From positions 139,262-203,261 of the forward strand of contig CAVVKJ010000014.1 of assembly GCA_963748815.1 (NCBI GenBank): a stretch of DNA of 64,000 bases, given 5' to 3'. The translations under genes and the position numbers were made by a program. This stretch comes from an uncultured Gemmatimonadales bacterium (GTDB lineage: Bacteria; Gemmatimonadota; Gemmatimonadetes; Gemmatimonadales; GWC2-71-9). This document shows positions 1 through 9,953 of the stretch, in pieces. The notes beneath the pieces were generated by a model that was not told the DNA's origin, did no database searches, and saw only the letters and a program-made list of their open reading frames with translations. Within the stretch, counting starts at the first letter, position 1. Each line of letters starts with the position of its first letter.

Positions 1-333
1 ATCTACGAAGCCACCTTCAACTTCTACTTCGGCAGCACGCCGCAGGCGCAGGGCTACATCGCCATCGGTGGCGGCGCCGCCAGCATGGGCGCAAGCACGA
101 CGATCAACGGGTCAACAGTGGAGGGCAGCTCGACCCAGTTCAGCACGGTCTTCGCCCTCGGCGGGACCAAGATGTTCAACGAAAAGGTCGGCATGACCCT
201 CGACGGCCGCTATCGCTGGGTGAACGTCGACGGCGCTGATTCCTACTACTGCTACTACTACTGCTACGCCTACGACACCTCGTGGTACGGCAGCGGGGAA
301 ATCACCCTCGGCGTCAAGTACCAGTTCAAGTAG
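1..333 (+). CDS. Outer-membrane beta-barrel protein, C-terminal part (5'-truncated by window edge)
   Basis: Frame open from base 1 (IYEATFNFYF...). Alternating beta-strand pattern, ends ...ITLGVKYQFK with a terminal aromatic signature. Confidence 0.6.
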   Translation: MYEATFNFYFGSTPQAQGYIAIGGGAASMGASTTINGSTVEGSSTQFSTVFALGGTKMFNEKVGMTLDGRYRWVNVDGADSYYCYYYCYAYDTSWYGSGEITLGVKYQFK

Positions 334-345
334 GCCTGGGCCAAC

Positions 346-422
346 GGGCCCTTAGCTCAGGTGGTTAGAGCAGCGGACTCATAATCCGTAGGTCCCTGGT
401 TCGAATCCAGGAGGGCCCACCA
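346..422 (+). tRNA. tRNA-Ile2 (anticodon CAT, lysidine type; tRNA-Met less likely)
   Basis: GGGCCCT acceptor stem, D-arm GCTCAGGTGGTTAGAGC, anticodon loop CTCATAA, T-loop GTTCGAATC, encoded CCA. Closely resembles ileX-type tRNAs. Confidence 0.93.
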
Positions 423-430
423 CTAGGGCG

Positions 431-517
431 GGGACTGAGAGTGAAGGACTGAGGACTGAGAGGGCGATCCCTCGACGTCCTCAGTCCTTTTCTCTTGGCT
501 CAGTCCTCAGTGCTCAC
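431..517. repeat. Inverted heptamer (GAGGACT/AGTCCTC) hairpin downstream of tRNA
   Basis: gtgaaggactgaggactgag (441-460) is complementary to ctcagtcctcagtgctcac (499-517). Confidence 0.7.
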
Positions 518-712
518 CTCCCCTCCGGATGCCTTCACCACACCCTCACATGCTTTTCACCCCCCGCCACCTAGCTTGGCTCGTGCAGGCAAGATTGTCA
601 GCCTTTGGCTGGCGCCCCGAGGAGGTTCCGGTATGGCAGCAGCAGTGAGGCGGCATGCTGCCAAGGGTTCTCGTCGGCACTCAACCTCCTCTTGATCGAA
701 TTGGAGCACTTC

Positions 713-1714
713 ATGTTGGATGGAAACGTCCATAAGGCTGTGACTATTGCTGCGGCCGTGTTGTCAATTCTTGGGGTCGGCTGCTCCCAAGACACGGTGG
801 TGGAACCGATCACCGGAGCGGCGACCGTCTCGGCGAGCGGCCAAGAGGGGCAAGTCGTCCTTGAACCTATGTGCAAACTCGGATGTATGGATGTAGACCC
901 GGACCCGGAGTCCCCGGGTGTCTTTCTTGGTAGCGGGGTAACTGACGAAGTGTGCTTCACCTCAGCTCAGACTGACAACGATGCGGACGGACTCTCCACC
1001 TTCTGCGAGAACAATCTCGCCATGGCGTTCGCGCCGGAGCTTCGGTACGCCTACGGCGACGAAGTAGGGCGCGAGCCATATTGGGCTGCTCGCCCTGGTT
1101 CCGGTGGAACCGTGGTCATCGCATACCTCATCGGCTATTATCGGGATGCGGGAAGTAGTGCCGGGGTCTGCAACCTGCCTCCGCCTCTATACGACCCTTC
1201 GTGCGACGGACACAATGGCGACTCCGAAACCATCCTTCTCGAAGTCTACTATGACTCGGATACACACCACTGGATTCTGAGTCAGGCTACTTACTCCCAA
1301 CACGAGAGCTACGGGATCTATTCCACCTCCTCAGGATCAGGGTTTAATTACCCCTACATGCTTGACTATCCAGGCCACCCTGGTGCCTACCCTAGGAGCT
1401 ATGTGTCTGAGGGGAAGCACGCCAACTATTCTTCCGAGATCGAATGTGAGGCTGGGGGAGGCTTCGCTGCTGATACTTGTGCTGGAGTAGACACTTCAGA
1501 GCGGCTCATTGTGAGCGGGGCATATAACGTCGGCAGCCATTCTGTACACCTGATTGACTGCGTCGGCAGCCGTGATTGGCACTATATCTACTACGGGAGT
1601 GGGCGTCTGGAGTGCTACTGGACGACTTCCAATTTCCGAGGATGGATTCCCACGTTCGTAGGTGGTGCGGAATCGAGCCCCTATCACAACCGCCTCATCT
1701 ATGGGGGATTCTAG
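713..1714 (+). CDS. Cys-rich lipoprotein with NPP1/Vps62-like motifs
   Basis: GGAG SD before ATG713, lipobox LGVGC, motifs GHNGDSE, YSQH and GKHANY. Confidence 0.7.
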   Translation: MLDGNVHKAVTIAAAVLSILGVGCSQDTVVEPITGAATVSASGQEGQVVLEPMCKLGCMDVDPDPESPGVFLGSGVTDEVCFTSAQTDNDADGLSTFCENNLAMAFAPELRYAYGDEVGREPYWAARPGSGGTVVIAYLIGYYRDAGSSAGVCNLPPPLYDPSCDGHNGDSETILLEVYYDSDTHHWILSQATYSQHESYGIYSTSSGSGFNYPYMLDYPGHPGAYPRSYVSEGKHANYSSEIECEAGGGFAADTCAGVDTSERLIVSGAYNVGSHSVHLIDCVGSRDWHYIYYGSGRLECYWTTSNFRGWIPTFVGGAESSPYHNRLIYGGF

Positions 1715-2076
1715 TGTTGGCCCGAGCGTTCCTTGGCCTCGCTTTGTGCAGCGTCCTCGCTGCTGGAACGGCTGAGGCGCAATCGGGCTCGCTCACAGCC
1801 GCGAGCCCTGTCTGGTCCGTCTCTCGCCCCACAGCGCAGCACCGTGTTCCCGAAATGAGGATGTCGGGGACCAGCAAGAGCTACTGGTTTGAAGGGTTGA
1901 TTGTCGGTGGGGTCGTATTCGGCGCGATGGGGGCAGCAATCGCGAGCTCAAACTGTTCCAATTCTGAACTGGCTGATTCCGGGAGCTGCGTGGACAACAC
2001 CCTACTTGGCGCCTTGGTTGGCGCTGCGATTGGTGCGGCTCCAGGGGCGTTGATCGGCGGGCTATTCCGGAAATAA
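1714..2076 (+). CDS. Secreted/membrane protein with C-terminal glycine-zipper helices
   Basis: GTG overlaps the upstream TAG (TAGTG). Signal peptide ending AEA|Q, GxxxG repeats (GALVGAAIGAAPGALIGG). Confidence 0.65.
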   Translation: MLARAFLGLALCSVLAAGTAEAQSGSLTAASPVWSVSRPTAQHRVPEMRMSGTSKSYWFEGLIVGGVVFGAMGAAIASSNCSNSELADSGSCVDNTLLGALVGAAIGAAPGALIGGLFRK

Positions 2077-2082
2077 GGCGAC

Positions 2083-2127
2083 CTCATAATCCGTAGGTCC
2101 CTGATTCGAATCCAGGAGGGCCCACCA
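2083..2127 (+). repeat. att-like copy of the tRNA-Ile2 3' half (anticodon loop to CCA)
   Basis: ctcataatccgtaggtccctgattcgaatccaggagggcccacca, 44/45 identical to 378-422. Confidence 0.92.
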
Positions 2128-2205
2128 ACGGGATGAGGACTGAGAGCAGAGGACTGAGGGCCGAGGGGGCCCCCCCCCGAGGCCATCAGTCCTTTATCTT
2201 GCTTG

Positions 2206-2279
2206 GTCCTCAGTCCTCAGTCCTCAGTCCTCAGTCCTCAGTCCTCAGTCCTCAGTCCTCAGTCCTCAGTCCTCAGTCC
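2206..2279. repeat. Perfect heptamer tandem repeat (GTCCTCA) x ~10.5
   Basis: Directly visible. Complementary GAGGACT copies lie at about 2135-2158. Confidence 0.95.
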
Positions 2280-2356
2280 GCCCCCCTTTCGGCCCCCCGC
2301 GGACCGCAGTATCCTGCAGATTGGTTCTTTCGCCATATCCATCGAGGAGTCCTCCC

Positions 2357-3190
2357 ATGACGAAGCGCACTATCAGGCTGCTGATGGCCCTGCTGACCAT
2401 CTCGGCCATTCCCGCGACGCTGACCGCCCAGGAAACCGTCAAGGTGGACGGCGTCATCGTGGCGCGCTCCGGCGCCGAAATGATCGTCCATCCGCAGGGC
2501 GCCACCGGGAATACCACCGTCACCCTCTCGAACGACACCAAGGTCGAGGTGAAGGGCGGGCCGCTCGGGGTCAAGAAGTCCTCGATGGGCCCCGCCACCC
2601 TGATTCCCGGCCTCAAGGTCGAGGTGCAGGGCACCCCGGGCGCCCACGGGGGCGTCGCGGCGACCAAGGTGGAATTCAGCTCGGGCGACCTCAAGACCGC
2701 CAACGAGATCCAGGCCGGGGTGAACCCGACGGCCGAGCTGGCGGACTCCAATGCGGCGGGGCTGGCGGAAAACAAGGCGGAGACCGACTCGCTCAGCAAG
2801 CGGTTCGGGCAGTTGGGTGACTACGACGTCATCGCGCAGGACACGGTGTATTTCGGGGTGAACAGCTCGGTGATCTATCCGGCCGGACAGCAGACGCTCA
2901 AGGCGTTCGCGGCCAAGGCGCAGGGGATGGCGTCCTATAACATCCTGGTGGCGGGGTATACCGACGCCTCGGGCAACGCGGAATACAACCAGCAGCTCAG
3001 CGAGCGGCGGGCCCAGGCCGTCATCGAGTACCTCGAGCAGAAGGCGGACATCCCGTTGTACCTCGTGCTCGCGCCGGCGGCGATGGGCTTTTCGCACCCG
3101 GCGGCTTCCAACGAGACCCAGGAGGGCGCGGCCAAGAACCGTCGCGTGGTGGCGTCCATCGTGGTCAACCGCGGCATCACCGGACAATAG
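2357..3190 (+). CDS. OmpA-family peptidoglycan-binding protein with N-terminal DUF5666-like domain
   Basis: GAGGAG SD, signal peptide, GYTDASG...NQQLSERRA and NRRV OmpA-C motifs. Confidence 0.85.
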   Translation: MTKRTIRLLMALLTISAIPATLTAQETVKVDGVIVARSGAEMIVHPQGATGNTTVTLSNDTKVEVKGGPLGVKKSSMGPATLIPGLKVEVQGTPGAHGGVAATKVEFSSGDLKTANEIQAGVNPTAELADSNAAGLAENKAETDSLSKRFGQLGDYDVIAQDTVYFGVNSSVIYPAGQQTLKAFAAKAQGMASYNILVAGYTDASGNAEYNQQLSERRAQAVIEYLEQKADIPLYLVLAPAAMGFSHPAASNETQEGAAKNRRVVASIVVNRGITGQ

Positions 3191-3202
3191 GAAGGCGAGA
3201 CG

Positions 3203-3403
3203 ATGAGTAGACGGATCGTGGCGGCCTCGGCCGCGATGGCCGGCACCGTGCTGGCCATCGGCACCGTTTCCACGCCGCTGCCATCCGGCTGCACCACCAA
3301 GCCTGCCAGCGGGGTCGAGTACTACCAGTGCGGACCGAACTGGTATCGCTCGGCGTTCCAGGGAAACACCCTCGTCTACGTGACCACCGAGGCGCCGAGC
3401 TGA
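3203..3403 (+). CDS. Small hypothetical protein (LPxGC...YYxCxxxWY motif, DUF6515-like)
   Basis: ORF directly after ompA with host-like codon usage. Confidence 0.5.
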   Translation: MSRRIVAASAAMAGTVLAIGTVSTPLPSGCTTKPASGVEYYQCGPNWYRSAFQGNTLVYVTTEAPS

Positions 3404-3422
3404 CCGGCCAGGGCCGCCGCGC

Positions 3423-3743
3423 ATGACAGGAGAGCGCCTCTCGGGCAGGCGGCTCGCGCTGGCATTTGCCATCGCGGCGGTGTCCGATGCGCTCTCGTTC
3501 GCGCTGGCACTTGCGCCGCCGCTGCAATGGGCGGCCGATGCCGGGACGGCGCTGCTGTTGTTCGCGATGCTGGGCTGGCAGTGGGTCCTGCTTCCGGGGC
3601 TCATCGTCGAGGCGATCCCTGGCCTGGCCGTCTTCCCTTTCTGGGTGCTGGTCGTGGGGGCGGTGGCGACGTGGGGACGGGTGCGGCCGCCGGCCAGCCG
3701 GACCCTCCCGCGCGAGGGCGGGGGCCAGACGCCCGAGCAGTAA
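3423..3743 (+). CDS. Small membrane protein
   Basis: Several hydrophobic segments (...LIVEAIPGLAVFPFWVLVV). Confidence 0.6.
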   Translation: MTGERLSGRRLALAFAIAAVSDALSFALALAPPLQWAADAGTALLLFAMLGWQWVLLPGLIVEAIPGLAVFPFWVLVVGAVATWGRVRPPASRTLPREGGGQTPEQ

Positions 3744-3889
3744 CAAGGCCCTGCGCCCGCTCCCCCGCCGATGCCGCGGGCGGCCGGCTCCATCCCATTG
3801 GCGCATTCCGATCAGGCGCGTAGCTTAGGTAGCATGCCACGTTCGTGCGATCCGCGATTCTCTCCCTCCCTCGTATTCTGAGTTCCCTC

Positions 3890-5518
3890 ATGACCGATCG
3901 TCGAGACTTCCTGAAGGCCGCCGGCGTCACCGCCGCGGCCCTCGCCTCGGACGGCCTCCTCCGGGGCGCCTTCGCGTCCCCGTCGGCCGCCGCACCGTCG
4001 TCCACCGTCGGGCCGACCATGGACCCGGCCACGAGGGATCTCCTCATGGAGGCGCTCAACGCCGCGAAACGGGCCGGTGCCAGCTACGCCGACGTCCGCA
4101 TCGGGCGGCAGCGCAGCAGCTTCATCAGCACGCGGGAAGACCACATTCAGTTTTCCGCGGAAAACGACACGCTGGGCGCCGGGGTGCGGGCGCTGGTGGA
4201 CGGCACCTGGGGCTTTGCCGCGACCAAGACCCTCAACAAGGAGGGGGTGGCGGGTGCGGCCCGTGAGGCGGTGGCCATTGCCAAGGCGGATCGGATCGCC
4301 CGCGGCCAGCCGGTCGAGCTCTGGCCGTCGCCGTCGTATCCCGATGTCAGCTGGCAAAGCGTCTATGAAATCGACCCCTTCACCATCTCCCTCGAGGAGA
4401 AGGTCGACCTGCTGCTTCGGGCCAACGCCGAGGCGATGAAGGTGCCCAACGTCAAGTTCGCCTCCAGCTCCATCTCGATGGTGAAGGATGAGCGGAACTA
4501 CGCCAACACCGACGGGTCGGTCATTGCGCAGCAGTTCTTCCGAATCGCGCCGAACCTCACGGCCACGGCCGTGGCCCCGGACCGCTCCGATTTCCAGTCG
4601 CGGTCCTCGCAGGTTCCGCCGGCGAGCCGCGGATGGGAGTATGTGCTGTCCGCCGACCTGGTCGGCAATGCCCAGCAGTGGGGCGAGGAGGCGGCGCAGA
4701 AGCTGACCGCCAAGCCGGTGGAGGTCGGCCGGTACGACCTGATCCTGCATCCGACGCACCTCTGGCTCACCATCCACGAATCGATCGGGCACCCGACCGA
4801 GCTCGACCGCGCGATGGGCTACGAGGCCAACTACGCCGGCACCAGCTTCGTGGCGCCGCCCAAGTCGGTGCTCGGCAAGCTCAAGTATGGCCCGGAGTTC
4901 ATGAACATCCAGGGCGACCGGTCGCAGGAGGGCGGACTGGCCACCATCGGCTGGGACGACGAGGGGGTCAAGCCGAACGACTTCCTGATCATCAAGCACG
5001 GTGTCATGAACGACTACCAGACCACCCGCGAGCAGGCCGGCTGGCTCAAGTGGTGGTACGACGAGCAGGGTATCCCGACCCGCTCGCACGGCTGTTCCTA
5101 CGCCCAGAACTGGGGCAGCGTCCAGTTCCAGCGGATGCCCAATATTTCACTCCTGCCCGGGGCCGACGAGCGTTCCTGGGAGGACATCATCGCCGCCACC
5201 GACCGGGGCATCGCCATCATGGGCGACGGGTCGTTCTCCATCGACCAGCAGCGCTACAACGCCCAGTTCGGCGGCCAGGTGTTCTACGAGGTCCGGGGCG
5301 GCAAGATTGTCGGCATGATGAAGGACGTCGCCTACCAGATCCGCACGCCGGATTTCTGGAACTCGATGGACATGATCGGCGGGAAGTCGAGCTACATGCT
5401 GGGTGGCGCCCTGAACGACGGGAAGGGACAGCCCGGGCAGAGCAACGCAGTGAGCCATGGCTGTGTGCCCGCTCGCTTCCGGCAGGTGAACGTGATCAAC
5501 ACCGGGAGGACGGCATGA
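3890..5518 (+). CDS. tldD: TldD/PmbA-family metalloprotease (catalytic subunit) with Tat signal
   Basis: MTDRRDFLK twin-arginine motif, HESIGH zinc motif, C-terminal SHGC. Confidence 0.88.
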   Translation: MTDRRDFLKAAGVTAAALASDGLLRGAFASPSAAAPSSTVGPTMDPATRDLLMEALNAAKRAGASYADVRIGRQRSSFISTREDHIQFSAENDTLGAGVRALVDGTWGFAATKTLNKEGVAGAAREAVAIAKADRIARGQPVELWPSPSYPDVSWQSVYEIDPFTISLEEKVDLLLRANAEAMKVPNVKFASSSISMVKDERNYANTDGSVIAQQFFRIAPNLTATAVAPDRSDFQSRSSQVPPASRGWEYVLSADLVGNAQQWGEEAAQKLTAKPVEVGRYDLILHPTHLWLTIHESIGHPTELDRAMGYEANYAGTSFVAPPKSVLGKLKYGPEFMNIQGDRSQEGGLATIGWDDEGVKPNDFLIIKHGVMNDYQTTREQAGWLKWWYDEQGIPTRSHGCSYAQNWGSVQFQRMPNISLLPGADERSWEDIIAATDRGIAIMGDGSFSIDQQRYNAQFGGQVFYEVRGGKIVGMMKDVAYQIRTPDFWNSMDMIGGKSSYMLGGALNDGKGQPGQSNAVSHGCVPARFRQVNVINTGRTA

Positions 5519-6854
5519 GCGACGTCGTGATGTCTCGCGCGGACGCCCAGGCGCTCCTGGAGCGCGTCATGGGCTTTTCGAAGGCCGAGCGGGTCCAGGT
5601 GAGCCTCAACAGCTTCCGCACGGCGAACACCCGGTTTGCGGCCAACCAGCTCTCCACGGCAGGCACGGTGGACGACGCCGGCGTCTCGATCCAGAGCTGG
5701 TATGGCTCCAAGCACGCCGCGGCCCGCACCAACGACCTGTCGGACGCGTCGCTGCGCGCGGCGGTGGCGCTGTCGGAGGCGCAGGCCCGCCTCGCCCCCG
5801 AGGACCCGGAAGACATGCCGCTGCTCGGACCCCAGACCTACGTCCCCGTCATGTCCTGGTTCGATTCCACTGCGGAGCTTACCGCCGGGGGCCGCGCGCA
5901 GGCGGCGCTGACGGCCCTCGAGGTGACCCGCGCGTCGCGCGACCTGCTCGCCTCGGGATTCCTCGAGACCAGGGCCAGCGCCACGGCCCTGGCGAACAGC
6001 GCCGGGCTCTTTGCGTATGATCGCACCACGTCGGCCAACTACACGTTGACCGTGCGGACCACCGATGGCACCGGCTCCGGTTGGGCGGGAGCCGACAACC
6101 CCGACTGGTCGAAGCTGGATTTCCGTTCGGTGAGCACCAGGGCCATCGACAAGGCGCGCGCCTCCCGCGATCCGGTGGCCATCGAGCCGGGCCGCTACAC
6201 CGCCATCCTGGAGCCGCAGGCCGTCGGCGACCTGACCCAGCTCATGCTCTTCGCCCTGTCGGCCCGTTCGGCGGACGAGGGCCGGAGTCCCTTCGCGAAG
6301 GAGGGCGGCGGCAACAAGATCGGCGAGAAGATTCTCGACGAGCGCATCAGCATGATCTCCGATCCGCAGGATCCCATCCTGCTGGCCCGACCCTTCGACG
6401 GCGAGGGGCTGCCGCTCGGCCGCCAGGTGTGGGTCGAGAACGGGGTGCTGAAGGCGCTGAACTACTCCCGCTACTGGGCCAAGAAGTCCGGGAATACGCC
6501 CACCGGCGGCCCGAGTTCCTGCCTGGTGCCCGGTGGCACCACCTCGGTGGACGAGATGATCGCCCAGACGGAGCGTGGCGTGCTGTTGACCCGGCTCTGG
6601 TACCTGCGGCAGGTGGATCCGCGCACGATCCTGTACACTGGGCTCACGCGGGACGGCACCTTCCTGATCGAGAACGGGAAGATCAGCAAGGCGATCCGGA
6701 ACTTCCGGTTCAACGAGTCGCCGCTGTTCATGCTCAACAAGGTGGACGCGATGGGGCCGGCCCAGCGACTGGCCGGCACCGAATCGGGAGGCGACGTCGC
6801 GATGCCCGCCCTCAAGGTGCGCGACTTCAACTTCACGAGCCTGTCGGAGGCCGT

Positions 6855-6858
<4 letters not shown>
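5515..6858 (+). CDS. TldE/PmbA-family partner subunit
   Basis: ATGA overlap with tldD. TRFAANQ, LEPQAV, PFDGEG and TGLTRDG motifs, no HExxxH. Confidence 0.85.
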
Positions 6859-7844
<986 letters not shown>

Positions 7845-7845
7845 G

Positions 7846-8724
7846 GTGCCGGCATCGAGCCTCCGAAGCTACGGCCCCCTCCTCGACGCGTTGGCCGGCC
7901 TCTCCTGGCCCGCGCGGCGTCCGGTCGGCGCCGGCGCCGCCGGGAGCCACCCCTCCCGGCTCCGCGGGATGGCTGCCGACTTCACCGAGTATCGCCCCTA
8001 TCGCTTCGGCGATGATCCGCGGCGGCTGGACTGGAAGCTCCTGGCCCGGACCGATCGCGCCTACCTCCGTCTGACCGACGACAACGCCACGCGCTCCACC
8101 CTCATCCTGGTCGATGGGTCGGCCTCGCTCGCCTTCCCATCGGACACCCTTTCCAAATGGACGCAGGCCTGCCGCCTCGCGGTGGGGCTCGCCTCCGTGG
8201 CGCGCAACGACGGCGATCCGGCAGGGTTGGTCGTCTCGCACGAGCGCCGCCCTGTTCGCCTGGTCCCGCGGGCCCGGTCCGGCGCCATTCCGGAAATGGC
8301 GCGGGCGCTCCAGGCCCTCACGCCGGAGGGTTCCGCGCGCCTGGGCCCCGCGCTGGAACAGGTGCGCGCCGGCTGGCGGCTGGTGCTGATCTCCGATTTC
8401 CTGGGTGACGAGGTGGAGCTGCTTCCGCTGGTGCGGCAACGCATCGTGGCCGGGGCGGAAGTCTTCGCCGTGCAGATCGTTGCGGACGAGGAGCTGCAGC
8501 CCCCGGAGGCCACCCGCCTCGCGGTGGATCCGGAACGCCCTGCGGTCCGGCATGTGCTGCAGGCCGGTGTGCACCGCGAGTACGCCGAACGCTTTGCCGC
8601 CTGGCGCGCCACGCTGCGGAGCGAGTGGCGGCACGCGGGCGCGGAATTCACCGAGGTGCGCGCCGAGGAGGATTCCGCCCGCGCCATCCGGCGGATCGTG
8701 GCCGGTGCGGAGGGCTCGCCGTGA
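7846..8724 (+). CDS. DUF58-domain protein
   Basis: FTEYRPY...GDDPRRLDWK, DGSASL and LISDF motifs. Follows MoxR. Confidence 0.85.
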   Translation: MPASSLRSYGPLLDALAGLSWPARRPVGAGAAGSHPSRLRGMAADFTEYRPYRFGDDPRRLDWKLLARTDRAYLRLTDDNATRSTLILVDGSASLAFPSDTLSKWTQACRLAVGLASVARNDGDPAGLVVSHERRPVRLVPRARSGAIPEMARALQALTPEGSARLGPALEQVRAGWRLVLISDFLGDEVELLPLVRQRIVAGAEVFAVQIVADEELQPPEATRLAVDPERPAVRHVLQAGVHREYAERFAAWRATLRSEWRHAGAEFTEVRAEEDSARAIRRIVAGAEGSP

Positions 8725-9953
8725 CGTTCGCGGCCCCGCTCTGGCTGGCCGGCGCCGGTCTCGTCGCCGCCGTGGTGGTCGGGCTGCATCTGCTTGCCCG
8801 CCGGTCGCCGCGCCCCTACCTCTTTCCTACCGCCCGCTTCATTCCCGACCGGCCGGCGAGCGCTCCCGCGCCTGCCGCCCGGCCGATGGATCTGCTCCTG
8901 CTTCTGCTGCGTGTCGCGGTCGTGCTCCTGCTGGGCGCGGCCTTCGCCCGTCCGCACACGGCCCCGCCACGCCAAACCCGCACCATCGTGGCGCTCGACC
9001 GTTCGCGGTCGGCGGCAACCGAACTGGACACGGGCGCAGTTGCCATCGTGCGCGGCGCGGACATTGTCCTCGTGTTCGACAGCATCGCCACCACGCGCGA
9101 GGCGGGCGGGGAACTGCCGTCCGCGAATCAGGGCCGAGGTTCGCTCTCCGCCGCGCTCCTCGCGGCGATGCGCGCCGCGCCGCGGCTGGCCTCCTCGGGC
9201 GACTCGATCGAGCTCGTCCTCATGTCGCCCTTTGCGGTGGAGGAATGGGACGAGGCGACGGTCGACATTCGGCGGTCGTGGCCCGGGCGCATCCGCCTGG
9301 TGCCCGTCGCTGGCGCGGTGAGGTCCGCGGTCGAGGGGGACGGCCTCCGTGCCGCCGCCGACGATCCGATCGTGGCCACCGTGGCGCTCCTGGGGGACCG
9401 CCTCCCCCCGGGGACCCGCCTCGTCCGGACGATGGTGACCGCCGCCGACTCCGACTGGGCGGCATCGGGGGGAACGCTGGTGTACTGGCCGGCGAGCGAC
9501 TCGATCTGGCCGTCCATGGAAGGCTCCGCCAACGGCGTGGTCGCAGGCAACCACGCCGTGGTCGCCCCCTTCGGGCGCCGCTCGATGCCGCTCCCGGGGC
9601 GCGTCGTTGCCCGCTGGGCCGATGGTGCACCCGCGGCGAGTGAGCGGGTGCTTGGCGCCGGTTGCGAACGCGACGTCGCCATTCCCATCCCTGCGGCGGG
9701 TGACATCGCCCTCCGACCGAGCCTCCGGCGCCTCGTGCGCCAGCTGAGCGGGGCGTGCGGCGGACCGCGAGGGGACGAGGTGGTATCGCCCGAGCAGCTC
9801 GACAGCCTGCGCGGCACTGGCGCCTTGCTCGCGTCCTCGTCCATTCGCGCCGGGGAGGGGCGGCGGGCGCCCGCCACTGCCGTGCTGCTGTTCGCCGCCG
9901 CGGCGCTGCTGCTGGTCGAGCCGCTCCTCCGCCGCGATCGGGCGGCGCCATGA
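8721..9953 (+). CDS. BatA-domain membrane protein
   Basis: N-terminal TFAAPLWL...LHLL...FPT...LLLLRV...AFARP BatA pattern, DRSRS vWA-like motif. Confidence 0.75.
   Translation: MTFAAPLWLAGAGLVAAVVVGLHLLARRSPRPYLFPTARFIPDRPASAPAPAARPMDLLLLLLRVAVVLLLGAAFARPHTAPPRQTRTIVALDRSRSAATELDTGAVAIVRGADIVLVFDSIATTREAGGELPSANQGRGSLSAALLAAMRAAPRLASSGDSIELVLMSPFAVEEWDEATVDIRRSWPGRIRLVPVAGAVRSAVEGDGLRAAADDPIVATVALLGDRLPPGTRLVRTMVTAADSDWAASGGTLVYWPASDSIWPSMEGSANGVVAGNHAVVAPFGRRSMPLPGRVVARWADGAPAASERVLGAGCERDVAIPIPAAGDIALRPSLRRLVRQLSGACGGPRGDEVVSPEQLDSLRGTGALLASSSIRAGEGRRAPATAVLLFAAAALLLVEPLLRRDRAAP

Larger units (their letters stand above)
423..2127. mobile_element. tRNA-integrated mini-islet without integrase, bounded by a 45-bp direct repeat
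   Basis: 378-422 is repeated at 2083-2127 with one mismatch (G399/A2104). The interior is visibly less GC-rich than the flanks. Confidence 0.8.

Noticed and set aside
241..290. YYCYYYCYAY stretch as a RiPP precursor or repeat
   Set aside because: It is an internal loop of the beta-barrel CDS, with no separate ORF or modifying enzymes adjacent.
2206..2279. Possible CRISPR array
   Set aside because: Spacer-less 7-bp tandem repeat, and no cas genes in the window.
2133..2360. ORFs with SPQSSVL repeats
   Set aside because: Translation of the intergenic heptamer array, with no coding signal.
3203..3403. 66-aa ORF as the TldDE substrate peptide
   Set aside because: It belongs to the upstream ompA unit and has no leader/core pattern. 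Proximity alone is insufficient.
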